NCBI GenBank assembly: GCA_022703115.1 | Contig: JAKLEK010000002.1 | Coordinates: forward strand, 1 to 32,924 | DNA length: 32,924 nt | From: Elusimicrobiota bacterium | Lineage (GTDB): Bacteria > Elusimicrobiota > Elusimicrobia > Elusimicrobiales > UBA9959 | Direction of reading: 5' to 3' | Part shown: positions 1-8,273 of the stretch, in pieces | How the letters are laid out: the number at the start of each line of letters is the position of its first letter | Position numbering within the stretch: the stretch's first letter is position 1 | Notes under the pieces: generated by a model | Told to the model about the DNA's origin: nothing | The model's input: the letters and a program-made list of their open reading frames with translations, nothing else | The model's database searches: none | Program-made: the position numbers and the translations under genes

Positions 1-723
1 AAGCCGCGAAATGAACACCGTCTTAGCGGCGCGGAAACCGATCTGATTTGCCGACAGACCCACCGTTATCTTTTCCTTCTCCCCTATGGAAGCGGATTTT
101 ATGAATTTCACCAGTTCGTTCATTATCTTCGACGGGACAATGACCTTGAAATCCTTTTTCGTCTTAATGCCGGAAGCGGACGCTACCGCCAGCCGCCGGC
201 CGTCGGTGGCTACCAGGGAGAACTGCTCCTTCTCGTTCTTCCAGAGCAGCCCGTTAAGGAAGTGCCTGTCATCCTCCGTAGAGGCGGAAAAGACTGTCCC
301 GCTTATCATGGAGGAAAGAAGCCCCGCGGGTATATCGAAAGAATTGGTCTCATCCAGGTCCGGAATTACCGGGTAATCGCTTTTCGGGGCTCCGCTGAGC
401 TTGAACTTGGATTTACCGCTGTTCACGGCCACCCTGTTGGAATCGTCCGCGGATATGACCACCTCGGCGTCCTCTCCGAGGTTCTGCACTATCTCCATGA
501 ACTTGCGCATGGGGACCGTTATGCTGCCTTCAGTCCTTATATCCACGTTTATATGGTGTTTTACCGCCATTTCAAGATCGGTGAACACTACTTTTAATCC
601 TTTATTCTCCGTTTCCATCAGGAAGTTCTGAAGGATCGGAATGGTGCCGCTTTTTGCGGAGACGCCGGATTGAAGGGTTTGAATTCCCTTGATGAGGTTC
701 TCGCGATTACTGGTTATTTTCAT
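1..723 (-). CDS. dnaN: DNA polymerase III beta sliding clamp, N-terminal 241 codons (gene runs off the left edge)
   Basis: Not in the ORF track because it is truncated. My own minus-strand translation from the ATG at 721-723 gives MKITSNRENLIKGIQTLQSGVSAKSGTIPILQNFLMETENKGLKVVFTDLEMAVKHHINVDIRTEGSITVPMRKFMEIVQNL...FSLVATDGRRLAVAS, a typical DnaN N-terminus. It lies directly downstream of dnaA on the same strand. Confidence 0.85.
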   Translation of the reverse strand, partial: MKITSNRENLIKGIQTLQSGVSAKSGTIPILQNFLMETENKGLKVVFTDLEMAVKHHINVDIRTEGSITVPMRKFMEIVQNLGEDAEVVISADDSNRVAVNSGKSKFKLSGAPKSDYPVIPDLDETNSFDIPAGLLSSMISGTVFSASTEDDRHFLNGLLWKNEKEQFSLVATDGRRLAVASASGIKTKKDFKVIVPSKIMNELVKFIKSASIGEKEKITVGLSANQIGFRAAKTVFISRL

Positions 724-748
724 CTTGGTCTCCATCTATAAGAGGGGT

Positions 749-898
749 TGTGTATAACGTTGATAATGTTCACTGCGGACGGTAAAAGTTATCAACATTC
801 CCTCAAAAACAATCAAGACGTTCCACAAAAAAAGACCTTTTTACTGCTTTTCAGAGTTACTGACAGTCTTTATCTTGTTTATCAACTGGTTTATCAAC
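749..898. promoter_or_regulatory. DnaA-box-like cluster in the dnaA-dnaN spacer and dnaA 3' end (candidate oriC component)
   Basis: TGTGTATAA at 749-757 is the reverse complement of TTATACACA, one mismatch from TTATCCACA. The 8-mer TTATCAAC occurs four times within 140 bp: 759-766 (minus orientation), 789-796 (as TTATCAACA), 879-886 and 891-898. The spacer 724-840 is AT-rich compared with the rest of the window. Confidence 0.45.
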
Positions 899-2223
899 TC
901 GTTAAAATAGGGGTCGGTCTGCACCATCTGCTTTATTTTGTCGCGCGCGAACATCACGGTCGTATGGTCCCTGTTGAAGGAGTCCCCTATCTCCGGGAGG
1001 GACATCTCGGTCAGGTCGCAGGCCAGGAACATGGCGATCTGCCTGGGGAACGCGATGGCCTCGGTCTTACGGGGAGATTTGAAATCCTTCTTGTCCATGT
1101 TGTACTTTTCGGCCACGACCGTCTTGATGGCCTCCACGCTTATCCTGGATTCGTCCTGGTCGCCGGGGGTCATGTGGTCCTTGATCACGTCCCTGACTAT
1201 GTCTATCGTCGGCTGCAGGTGCATGTTGGAACAGTAGTTCCCCACGGTTATAAGACAGCCTTCCAGTTCGCGGATATTCTTCTTGACGTTCTCCGCTATG
1301 AAAGTTATGACGTCTTCCGGTATAGCGAACTTGTATATCTCTTTTTTCTGCCGCAGTATGGCTATCCGGGTCTCGAAGTCCGGCATTTTGATGTCGACCG
1401 CCAGGCCCGACAGGAAACGGGAGACCAGGCGCTGGCTCAGGGCCAGTTCCTTCGGCGGCCTGTCGGAGGTCACCACGATCTGTTTTTTGGACTCGAAGAG
1501 GGAATTGAAGGTGTAAAAGAATTCTTCCTCGCTTTTATCCTTGCCTATAAGGAACTGTATGTCGTCCAGCAGGATGCAGTCCAGTTTCCGGTATTTATTC
1601 CGGAACGCTTCGGGGGTCTTGTTCTGGAGGTTCTCTATATACTCGTTCACGAAATTTTCGCTGGCGGTGTATATTATCCTCGCTCCCGGGTTAGACTTCA
1701 GCATGCCGTTCGCTATAGCGTGCAGGAGATGTGTCTTGCCGAGACCTGGAGCGCTGTATATGAAAAAGGGATTGGATTTGCCCGGGTTCTTCGTGAGAGC
1801 CACGGCGGAGGCGTAGGCGAAACGGTTGGAAGCCCCCTCTATGAAGGTCTCGAAAGTGTAGTGCGGGTTGAAAGCGAAGGACGTATCCGGCACGGTCCCC
1901 TGCACGCGAGGGGAAGCTTCCACAGCGGCGGGCGCCGGCGGCGGCGCCGGTTTGGGCTCGCTGGAAGCGAGAGAAAGCGAATAGTTTATGGAAAAATTCC
2001 TGCCGGTGGCGGCCAGGGCCGTCTTGATCAAGCCGCTCTCATAGCGCTCTTTGACGGTCTTATATATCATGGAATCCGGCACTTCCAGCTTCAATGTGTC
2101 GGCTTCAATGACCAGGGGTTTGATCGGGCTCAGCCACAGGTCCACGGAGTCCGGCCCGATCTCGGCCTCCATTCTCTTCAGGATGTCCTGCCAGAATTCT
2201 TTCAGGTCTTTGGTGTTATCCAC
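841..2223 (-). CDS. dnaA: Chromosomal replication initiator protein DnaA
   Basis: The 460-aa ORF has the Walker A motif GLGKTHLLHAIAN in an AAA+ module and the C-terminal DNA-binding helix region RDHTTVMFARDKI. The start is GTG at 2221-2223, and dnaN follows on the same strand. Confidence 0.97.
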   Translation of the reverse strand: MDNTKDLKEFWQDILKRMEAEIGPDSVDLWLSPIKPLVIEADTLKLEVPDSMIYKTVKERYESGLIKTALAATGRNFSINYSLSLASSEPKPAPPPAPAAVEASPRVQGTVPDTSFAFNPHYTFETFIEGASNRFAYASAVALTKNPGKSNPFFIYSAPGLGKTHLLHAIANGMLKSNPGARIIYTASENFVNEYIENLQNKTPEAFRNKYRKLDCILLDDIQFLIGKDKSEEEFFYTFNSLFESKKQIVVTSDRPPKELALSQRLVSRFLSGLAVDIKMPDFETRIAILRQKKEIYKFAIPEDVITFIAENVKKNIRELEGCLITVGNYCSNMHLQPTIDIVRDVIKDHMTPGDQDESRISVEAIKTVVAEKYNMDKKDFKSPRKTEAIAFPRQIAMFLACDLTEMSLPEIGDSFNRDHTTVMFARDKIKQMVQTDPYFNELINQLINKIKTVSNSEKQ

Positions 2224-2235
2224 AACCTATCCACA
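2216..2235. promoter_or_regulatory. Two tandem DnaA boxes overlapping the dnaA start codon
   Basis: A perfect consensus TTATCCACA sits at 2216-2224 and covers the GTG start (2221-2223). CTATCCACA follows at 2227-2235 in the same orientation. Confidence 0.6.
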
Positions 2236-2509
2236 ACTGTTAGTAGAATGTTTCAACCGCTGAAAAATGATTAAAAAACAAGGCTTTTTCTGGTTAGCAA
2301 CTCTATAATTTTTTTTCCTGAGCGCAGGTTGTCCGATGTCAATATGTAAAAATTGTTTCGCCCCATTCGGCCGTCGTAAGGCACCCGATAATAGTAGTCT
2401 TTTTAGACGTAAAAGTCAACAGCGGCGGAAGGGCCCGCGGGGGCCGGCCGGAACCTGTTCCAATAAGGGGATAATACCGTAATATAAAGGACAGGCCGCG
2501 AGGGGCCCT

Positions 2510-3955
2510 TCAGGCGCCGACGCCTATTCTGGTCTTCCTAAACCTGGCGGGGCTACCGCCATGGCACATCATGGCAGTCTGCGGCGGTTCTCCCTTTCCG
2601 CAATTAGCCACGCCCCAGAGACTCCAGGAATTCTCGTCCGCTATCGCGTCGCAGGAGTTCCAGAATGCCGGGGTTATACCCTGGTAGGTCGGGTTCTTTA
2701 TCATGGCGCCCTTTTTCCCGTTCTTTATCAGCCAGCCGATCTCGCAGCCGAACTGGAAATTCAGGCGTTTCTGGTCAATGCTCCAGGATTTGTTGTTTTC
2801 CATTATCACGCCGTCTTTGGTATCCGAGATGAGGGCGTCCTCCGGGACGTCGCCCGGCATCAGGCTCAGGTTGCAGATCCTGGTGATGGGGATATTGGCG
2901 TATCCGTCGGCGCGGCAGGAACCCCAGCTGCGGTCCCGGCCGATCCGCCCCGCGAATTCCCTGTTGGTCATGTAGCCGCTGAGGATGCCGTCCTTTACGA
3001 TGTGCCAGCGCTGGGCTTTGACGGCGTCGTCGTCATATCCGGCCGTGGCCAGGCCGCCCGGCAGGGTGGCGTCGGCAACCAGGTTCACGATAGGCGAGCC
3101 GTAGCGGAATTTTCCGAGTTTTTCTATGGTGGCGAAGCTGGAACCGGCGAACGATTCCTCGTAGCCCAGGACCCTGTCCAGTTCGGAGGCGTGGCCGACG
3201 GACTCGTGTATCTGCAGCGCCAGCTGGTTGCCGTAGATTATGAGGTCCTTCTTCCCTTCCGGGCAGCGGGGAGCGGTCAGAAGGGCCAGGGCCTCCTCGC
3301 GCACGCGTTCCGCGTTGCCGGCAAGGTCGAGGCTCTCTATGAGCTCGTATCCCATGGACAGGATCTGGCCGCCGTGCGGTGAAGGATAGGAGCGGGATTG
3401 CGCTTCCCCCTTGTCTATAGCGTTGGCCTCGAAGCCGGCCCCGCTGGAAAGCAGCACCTGTTCTATCTCGGAACCTTCGGTGGTCATGTGCCACTGATGT
3501 TCTCTTATGAAATTCATGCCGGACACGGCGGAGCGTATCCTTCGGTCCTTTCTGAGAACGCGGTCTATGGCGAAAAGCAGGGTCAGCTTTTTTTCAACCG
3601 GGACGGAGAAAGGGTCCTTGATGAACGGGGTCTGCCAGAAATCGCGGTAAGCGGGTTCGGCAGCCAGGCGCACGGGACGTCCTTTGAGCGAGGCGCTCGC
3701 TTTGGCTATGCTTATGGCCAGACGCGAGACGCGCGCGACTTCGCCCGCCGTCATGACGTCGCTGGAGGCGAAGCCCCAGGCGCCTTTGTATAGCACCCTT
3801 ACTCCGAAGCCCAGGGTCACGGAATCGTTGATGGCTCCGATCTCCCCGTTCCTGACGCTGAGGGTCTGACGCCGGGTCTCCACGACGCGTATGTCCGCGA
3901 AGTCCGCGCCGCTCCTGTCCGCTATTTCGACCGCCTTTCCGGCGAAAGGGAACAT
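2510..3955 (-). CDS. tldD: TldD-family metalloprotease (peptidase U62)
   Basis: The ORF track frame 2510-4219 contains the HExxxH motif HESVGHASELDRV. I place the start at the ATG at 3953-3955 (MFPFAGKAVEIADRSGADFADIRVVETR...), which has a GGAG RBS and lies 18 nt after the pmbA stop. The upstream 88 codons overlap pmbA and are low-complexity. Confidence 0.9.
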   Translation of the reverse strand: MFPFAGKAVEIADRSGADFADIRVVETRRQTLSVRNGEIGAINDSVTLGFGVRVLYKGAWGFASSDVMTAGEVARVSRLAISIAKASASLKGRPVRLAAEPAYRDFWQTPFIKDPFSVPVEKKLTLLFAIDRVLRKDRRIRSAVSGMNFIREHQWHMTTEGSEIEQVLLSSGAGFEANAIDKGEAQSRSYPSPHGGQILSMGYELIESLDLAGNAERVREEALALLTAPRCPEGKKDLIIYGNQLALQIHESVGHASELDRVLGYEESFAGSSFATIEKLGKFRYGSPIVNLVADATLPGGLATAGYDDDAVKAQRWHIVKDGILSGYMTNREFAGRIGRDRSWGSCRADGYANIPITRICNLSLMPGDVPEDALISDTKDGVIMENNKSWSIDQKRLNFQFGCEIGWLIKNGKKGAMIKNPTYQGITPAFWNSCDAIADENSWSLWGVANCGKGEPPQTAMMCHGGSPARFRKTRIGVGA

Positions 3956-3972
3956 ATCCGCTCCTGAACGGC

Positions 3973-5301
3973 CTAGAACATGGTGGCCGACGAGAAATTG
4001 AAATCTTTTATCTTGAGCGCCGGCGCCGAGACCGTGCCCCACAAGAGGAAAGATTCCAGCCGGTCGCCCACGGCCTCCACCCGATTGAACGCGTCCGCCA
4101 CGCTTTCGGTGAATCTCAAGTTCTTCACCGGATACGATATCCGCCCGTTCTCTATCATGAAAGTGCCGTTCCTCGTCATGCCCGTCATTTCCAGCGTTAT
4201 GGGTTTGAGAGGATTGCAATAATGGAAACTGGTAACGAGGATCCCTTTTTTCGTGGACCTTATCATTTCTTTCAGGGACCGGTCACCGGCGGCCATGACC
4301 AAATTGGAAGGGAGCGGTCCGTAGGTGTTCGGCATCGGCAGCGCGTGGCCGGTCGTCCTGACGCCGGCCTCGCGGGCCGTCTGGCGGTCGTGGGCCAGGT
4401 CCCGGGCCACTCCTTTGTCCACCAGCACGAGCCTGCGTTTCGGAACGCCTTCGTAATCGAACGGCATGCCGGCGCTAGGGCCTTCGGCCGCGTCGTCCGT
4501 TATGGTCAGCTTGTCGTTCAGGACTTTTTTGCCCAGGCGGCCGGAGACGAAGCTCTGGCCTTCCTGGTAGAAGCGGGCGCCGAAGCCGTATATGCCGAGG
4601 AAAAGAAGCAGGTTGGCGACCGCGGACGGCTCCAGTATTACCGTATAACGCCCTGGAGGAACGGCGCGCGGGCCGGCCGACCGCAACGCCTTGTCCAGGG
4701 CCGCGCGGTCAACGCGCTCGAAATCCAGGCGTCCGGAGTCGCAGGAGTAGTCTTGCGCCCAGCCGAAGCCGTCCCCGTGTCTGGCCGTTACGGAGTAGGC
4801 GGCGTAGGTCTCGCGGTGGAAGGCGCGCAGTCCCAGGCTGTTGGCGACCGTTACCATCCGCGTCCCGTTCTCAAAGGTCCCGAACCCGACCGCTCCGGCG
4901 CGCCGGCATTTTCCAGCGAAGGAAACCGCCCGCGCGGCCCTGTCCGACGGGGTCAGGTCCGCCGTGCCGGGAAAGAAGACGCTCCTGTTCTCCTTTAGTC
5001 CGGCCGGGCGCGGCAGCGGCAGCAGGCGCGGGTCTTTTTTCTGGGTCTTCAGGATCAGGTCCGCTCCGGAGAAAGCGGTCCGCAGGGAGGCCTCGGAGGG
5101 CTGGTTGAGAGAGAATTTGGCCACGCGGCCATTGTCCAGGACCCGGACGGATATCTCGGTGGCGGTATCCGCAACGTTCTGGGAGATCACGTTATCCGCG
5201 AAACGGGTCAGGGCGGAACATGTCGAAGTTACTATCACCTCGGTCCGGCGCCGGCCGGCCAGGCGGAAGATCCGGTCGCAGATGCGTTCGTGGGAAAGCA
5301 T
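3973..5301 (-). CDS. pmbA: PmbA/TldE-family protein (TldD partner, no HExxxH motif)
   Basis: The 442-aa ORF shows PmbA_TldD family similarity (e.g. LGLRAFHRETYAAYSV, SFHYCNPLKPITLEMTGMTRNGTFMIENG). It lies immediately upstream of tldD on the same strand. Confidence 0.85.
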   Translation of the reverse strand: MLSHERICDRIFRLAGRRRTEVIVTSTCSALTRFADNVISQNVADTATEISVRVLDNGRVAKFSLNQPSEASLRTAFSGADLILKTQKKDPRLLPLPRPAGLKENRSVFFPGTADLTPSDRAARAVSFAGKCRRAGAVGFGTFENGTRMVTVANSLGLRAFHRETYAAYSVTARHGDGFGWAQDYSCDSGRLDFERVDRAALDKALRSAGPRAVPPGRYTVILEPSAVANLLLFLGIYGFGARFYQEGQSFVSGRLGKKVLNDKLTITDDAAEGPSAGMPFDYEGVPKRRLVLVDKGVARDLAHDRQTAREAGVRTTGHALPMPNTYGPLPSNLVMAAGDRSLKEMIRSTKKGILVTSFHYCNPLKPITLEMTGMTRNGTFMIENGRISYPVKNLRFTESVADAFNRVEAVGDRLESFLLWGTVSAPALKIKDFNFSSATMF

Positions 5302-5330
5302 ACGTTCTGGGTCCTTACCCCTCCAGCGCG

Positions 5331-6098
5331 TCAGGGGCGGGGTTCCTGCGTGTCCGGCAGGGACGGCTGGGGCGGCGGAGCGTGCCTGGCGCCGCGTTTT
5401 CCGTGCCTGGCTTCGTCCTGGTGGCGCTTCCGTTCCGGCGAGGGCTCAGGCGCCGTTTCTTTGCGGAAAAGCGTTGGCACGGGGTCCTTGGTCTCCAGCC
5501 AGGCGCGCAGCGTCTCCTCGCTTTCGACCGAAACCGCTTCCGGCAGCATATATACCGACAGTTTGGCTTTCCTGGCCCTGTCGGAAATTTCCTCCGCCGC
5601 ATTCTTCGATTCCAGCGGACAGCCTTCTATCAGTTTCTGGGCGGAAACCGTAAAGCCGGCCAGATAGGCGGAACCGTTCTTGTTCGGTCCGAGCACGACG
5701 GTCTTTTCGGTTATGGCGTCGAAAGCCTGCTGTATCCATTCGGTCCGGATGCCAGGGGAGAGGTGATTAAGGAGAAGGGCTTTCTTGGAACCGGTATTGA
5801 ACGCCAGACGGAAAACGTTCTGTACCTTCTCCTCCTTCGGCCGGCCCTTCGTGTCCAGAAAACCGGGATCGTCCGTATCCAGCCAGGTGAGGTCCGGGTG
5901 ATGCGGGGCTTTGGAATAAGCCAGGATAGGAAGCGCGTTCCCGAAGCCCTTCACCAGTCTATAGACGTTCTGAAGCAGGTCCAGATGAATGTGGACGGCG
6001 CGTTCCGGACCGAACGCCTCCGCAAGTTTGGGATCGACGCGTTCCGGGACCGGCGCTTCCACCATAAGAATGATGCAGTTGTCGCGTGATGCGGGCAT
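5331..6098 (-). CDS. DUF2064 / TIGR04282-like glycosyltransferase-fold protein with a basic Pro-rich C-terminal tail
   Basis: The 255-aa ORF has the N-terminus CIILMVEAPVPERVDPKLAEAFGPERAVHIHLDLLQN, which resembles the DUF2064 signature (xxIFAKAPxPGxVKTRL). The last 45 or so aa are low-complexity (PEPSPERKRHQDEARHGKRGARHAPPPQPS). Confidence 0.6.
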   Translation of the reverse strand: MPASRDNCIILMVEAPVPERVDPKLAEAFGPERAVHIHLDLLQNVYRLVKGFGNALPILAYSKAPHHPDLTWLDTDDPGFLDTKGRPKEEKVQNVFRLAFNTGSKKALLLNHLSPGIRTEWIQQAFDAITEKTVVLGPNKNGSAYLAGFTVSAQKLIEGCPLESKNAAEEISDRARKAKLSVYMLPEAVSVESEETLRAWLETKDPVPTLFRKETAPEPSPERKRHQDEARHGKRGARHAPPPQPSLPDTQEPRP

Positions 6099-6252
6099 AT
6101 TTCCGGGGTCCTCGGGGGTTTGAGAAGTATCTTTGAAGTATATTATACTACATCCCGCCGCGGGAAAGAGCGTCGCGCCCCGGCGGGCCGGGCGACGGAT
6201 GCCGGTCCGCTCCCCGGCTCGGCGGAAAACCGTTCTTCCGGACCCGGATACA

Positions 6253-7416
6253 ATGAACAGGCAAAAAGCGGTAAAAGTGGTGGTATACGGCGGGATGTTC
6301 GACCCGCCGCATGAAGGGCATTTCTCGCTGATCAGGGCCGCCCTGCGGGATATCGGACCGGATATCCTCTATGTGGTGCCGGGCTTCGGCTCCCCTTTCA
6401 AAGAGCCGCCCGGGGCGGATTTCGCGGCCCGCGCCGCGATGGTCCGGAGCGGACTCAGGTCGCACGGGCTCGGCGGCGACGTCCGGATAAAGGTGCATCC
6501 GTACGAAGCGAGGCGCGGCAGGGTCACTTATACTTGGCGCACGATAGCCTTTTTCAGGAGACTGCATCCGGACGCTTCGCTATATTTCCTGATGGGTTCC
6601 GACTGTCTGGAGACGTTCCGGCGCTGGAAGAATTACCGCAGGATCCTGTCCTCGGCCCGGCTTCTGGTGGGGGTTCGCGCCGGTTTCTCTTTACGCGGCC
6701 CGGTAAGCCTTCCTTACAAGAGGCTCCGCGGCCGGTTCCCAGCCGTATCCTCCACGGCGCTGAAGGCCGGACTTTTTTCCGGCTCGCGGGTTCCGGGCCT
6801 GCCGGGTGACACGGCGAAGTATATCGCCGTCCGGGGGCTGTATCTGGGCGGCTTGAGGGCCCGCCTTAAGCGGAGCATGCCGCCGGCCCGGTTCAGGCAT
6901 ACTTTGGGGGTGGCCAGGCTGGCCCTGGCCCTTGCGCAAAGGTACGGGGCGGACCCGCGCAGGACGGCTCTCGCCGCGCTGCTCCATGACGTCGCGCGGG
7001 GACTGTCCAAAGAGGCCATGCTGGCGCGCGCCGCCGTCTGCCGCCCGGGCATGCCGGCCATGCGGGCGGCGACCCGGAACGCGCCGGTAGTTCTGCATGC
7101 ATACGCCGGCGCCGTCATAGCCGAGAAAAAATACGGGGTGAAGGACCCGGAGGTGCTGAGGGCCATAAGAGTCCACGCCTTCGGCCGGGCCTCCTCCGGC
7201 CTGCTGGACAAGATCATTTTCACCGCCGATCTCGCCGAAGCCGGAAGGAACTTCCCGGAAGCGCGCGCGATAAGGGAGCTGGCTTTCAAGGACCTGGACG
7301 CGGCGTACGCGGCGGCGCAGCGCGTTAAGCTCGCCCATGTCATAGGGCTCGGCGGCTGGGTTCATCCGGAAAGCGTGAAAGCATGGAACAGTCATCTAGA
7401 AAAAATCAGATCCTGA
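6253..7416 (+). CDS. nadD: Fusion of nicotinate-nucleotide adenylyltransferase (NadD) and a YqeK-type HD-domain hydrolase
   Basis: The ORF track frame is 6133-7416. I place the start at the ATG at 6253 (MNRQKAVKVVVYGGMFDPPHEGHFSL), which includes the NadD motif GxFDPxHxGH. The C-terminal half has the HD-domain signature RFRHTLGVARLALALAQRYG...LLHDVAR, typical of YqeK. No stop codon separates the two halves. Confidence 0.85.
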   Translation: MNRQKAVKVVVYGGMFDPPHEGHFSLIRAALRDIGPDILYVVPGFGSPFKEPPGADFAARAAMVRSGLRSHGLGGDVRIKVHPYEARRGRVTYTWRTIAFFRRLHPDASLYFLMGSDCLETFRRWKNYRRILSSARLLVGVRAGFSLRGPVSLPYKRLRGRFPAVSSTALKAGLFSGSRVPGLPGDTAKYIAVRGLYLGGLRARLKRSMPPARFRHTLGVARLALALAQRYGADPRRTALAALLHDVARGLSKEAMLARAAVCRPGMPAMRAATRNAPVVLHAYAGAVIAEKKYGVKDPEVLRAIRVHAFGRASSGLLDKIIFTADLAEAGRNFPEARAIRELAFKDLDAAYAAAQRVKLAHVIGLGGWVHPESVKAWNSHLEKIRS

Positions 7417-8273
7417 TCCTCGCGGCGGGCGGCCTGCTTGTCCTGGCCCTGGCCGCGGCGCATCACGGCTCCTCCGTGGCGGGGAGGCTGTCCTCCGGAC
7501 GGGACGTGGAACTGGTGCTGTTGAGCCGCGCCAGGCCGATGCTGTTCGTTTATCATCCTTTCTCCAGGACCGTCAACGCGATAAGGCTGCCGGCCAGGGC
7601 GGCGTCCGCCGCCGGAAGCGGAGCTTCGGCCTGTCAGCGGGCCGCGGAGGTGAGACGGTTGTTCTCCCGCTGGGGAGATACCCAGGCCGCGCCGGTGTAT
7701 ATAGAGTCGGCCGAGCCCGATCTGGAGGCTTTGGAGGAGCTGCTTAACGGCTGGCGGTCCAGGCCGGCGGGGCTTCTGCGGCTGTTAGGCGGACTGCGCG
7801 AACTGCGCCGCTCCGAAGCCACCGGCCTCACCGCCTACGAACTGCTGCTCGGAGCGCTGGAGCTCGTCCGCCTGGATTCCTCCCATTTCATAAAAGAGGA
7901 CCTGGAGCGGGTCCCTTCCGCCGGCCGAGCCGCGGAGGAGCCGCTGTCCGGGAGCCAGGTCTCCGCCGCCGCCGCGGCGCGCGTCGAGGTCCTGAACGCT
8001 TCCGGCAAGAGGGACCTGGCCGGCCGGGTCACCAAGTTCCTGCGCAAGAACGGCTACGACGTTATCAGCTTCGGCACCTATGCGGGTGTGGAAAGGCATA
8101 CAAAAATTGTAAACTGTTCCGGCGATATCGAGGCCGCGCGCGGCGTACGGTCGGCCCTCGGCCTTGGAGGACGGGAGATATATTCCAAGTCCGGAAAGGT
8201 CAATATCGCGGACGTAAGGGTGATACTCGGCGAGGATTTCGACGACAGCGTATTGAAACGGGGGGAGCCATGA
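7383..8273 (+). CDS. Membrane-anchored LytR_C domain protein
   Basis: The 296-aa ORF has an N-terminal TM helix (ILILAAGGLLVLALAAA). The C-terminus RVEVLNASGKRDLAGRVTKFLRKNGYDVISFGTYAG...ADVRVILGEDF matches the LytR C-terminal domain pattern. It overlaps the nadD-yqeK 3' end by 34 nt. Confidence 0.7.
   Translation: MEQSSRKNQILILAAGGLLVLALAAAHHGSSVAGRLSSGRDVELVLLSRARPMLFVYHPFSRTVNAIRLPARAASAAGSGASACQRAAEVRRLFSRWGDTQAAPVYIESAEPDLEALEELLNGWRSRPAGLLRLLGGLRELRRSEATGLTAYELLLGALELVRLDSSHFIKEDLERVPSAGRAAEEPLSGSQVSAAAAARVEVLNASGKRDLAGRVTKFLRKNGYDVISFGTYAGVERHTKIVNCSGDIEAARGVRSALGLGGREIYSKSGKVNIADVRVILGEDFDDSVLKRGEP

Noticed and set aside
748-2274. A 508-aa plus-strand ORF covering all of dnaA.
   Set aside because: It is antisense to an unmistakable dnaA gene. 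The product is an Arg/Gly/Val/His-rich low-complexity sequence, typical of shadow ORFs in high-GC DNA. It has no motif and no RBS.
3956-4219. An 88-codon N-terminal extension of the tldD ORF in the track.
   Set aside because: It overlaps the pmbA 3' end and is low-complexity. A good ATG with a GGAG RBS at 3955 starts a typical TldD N-terminus.
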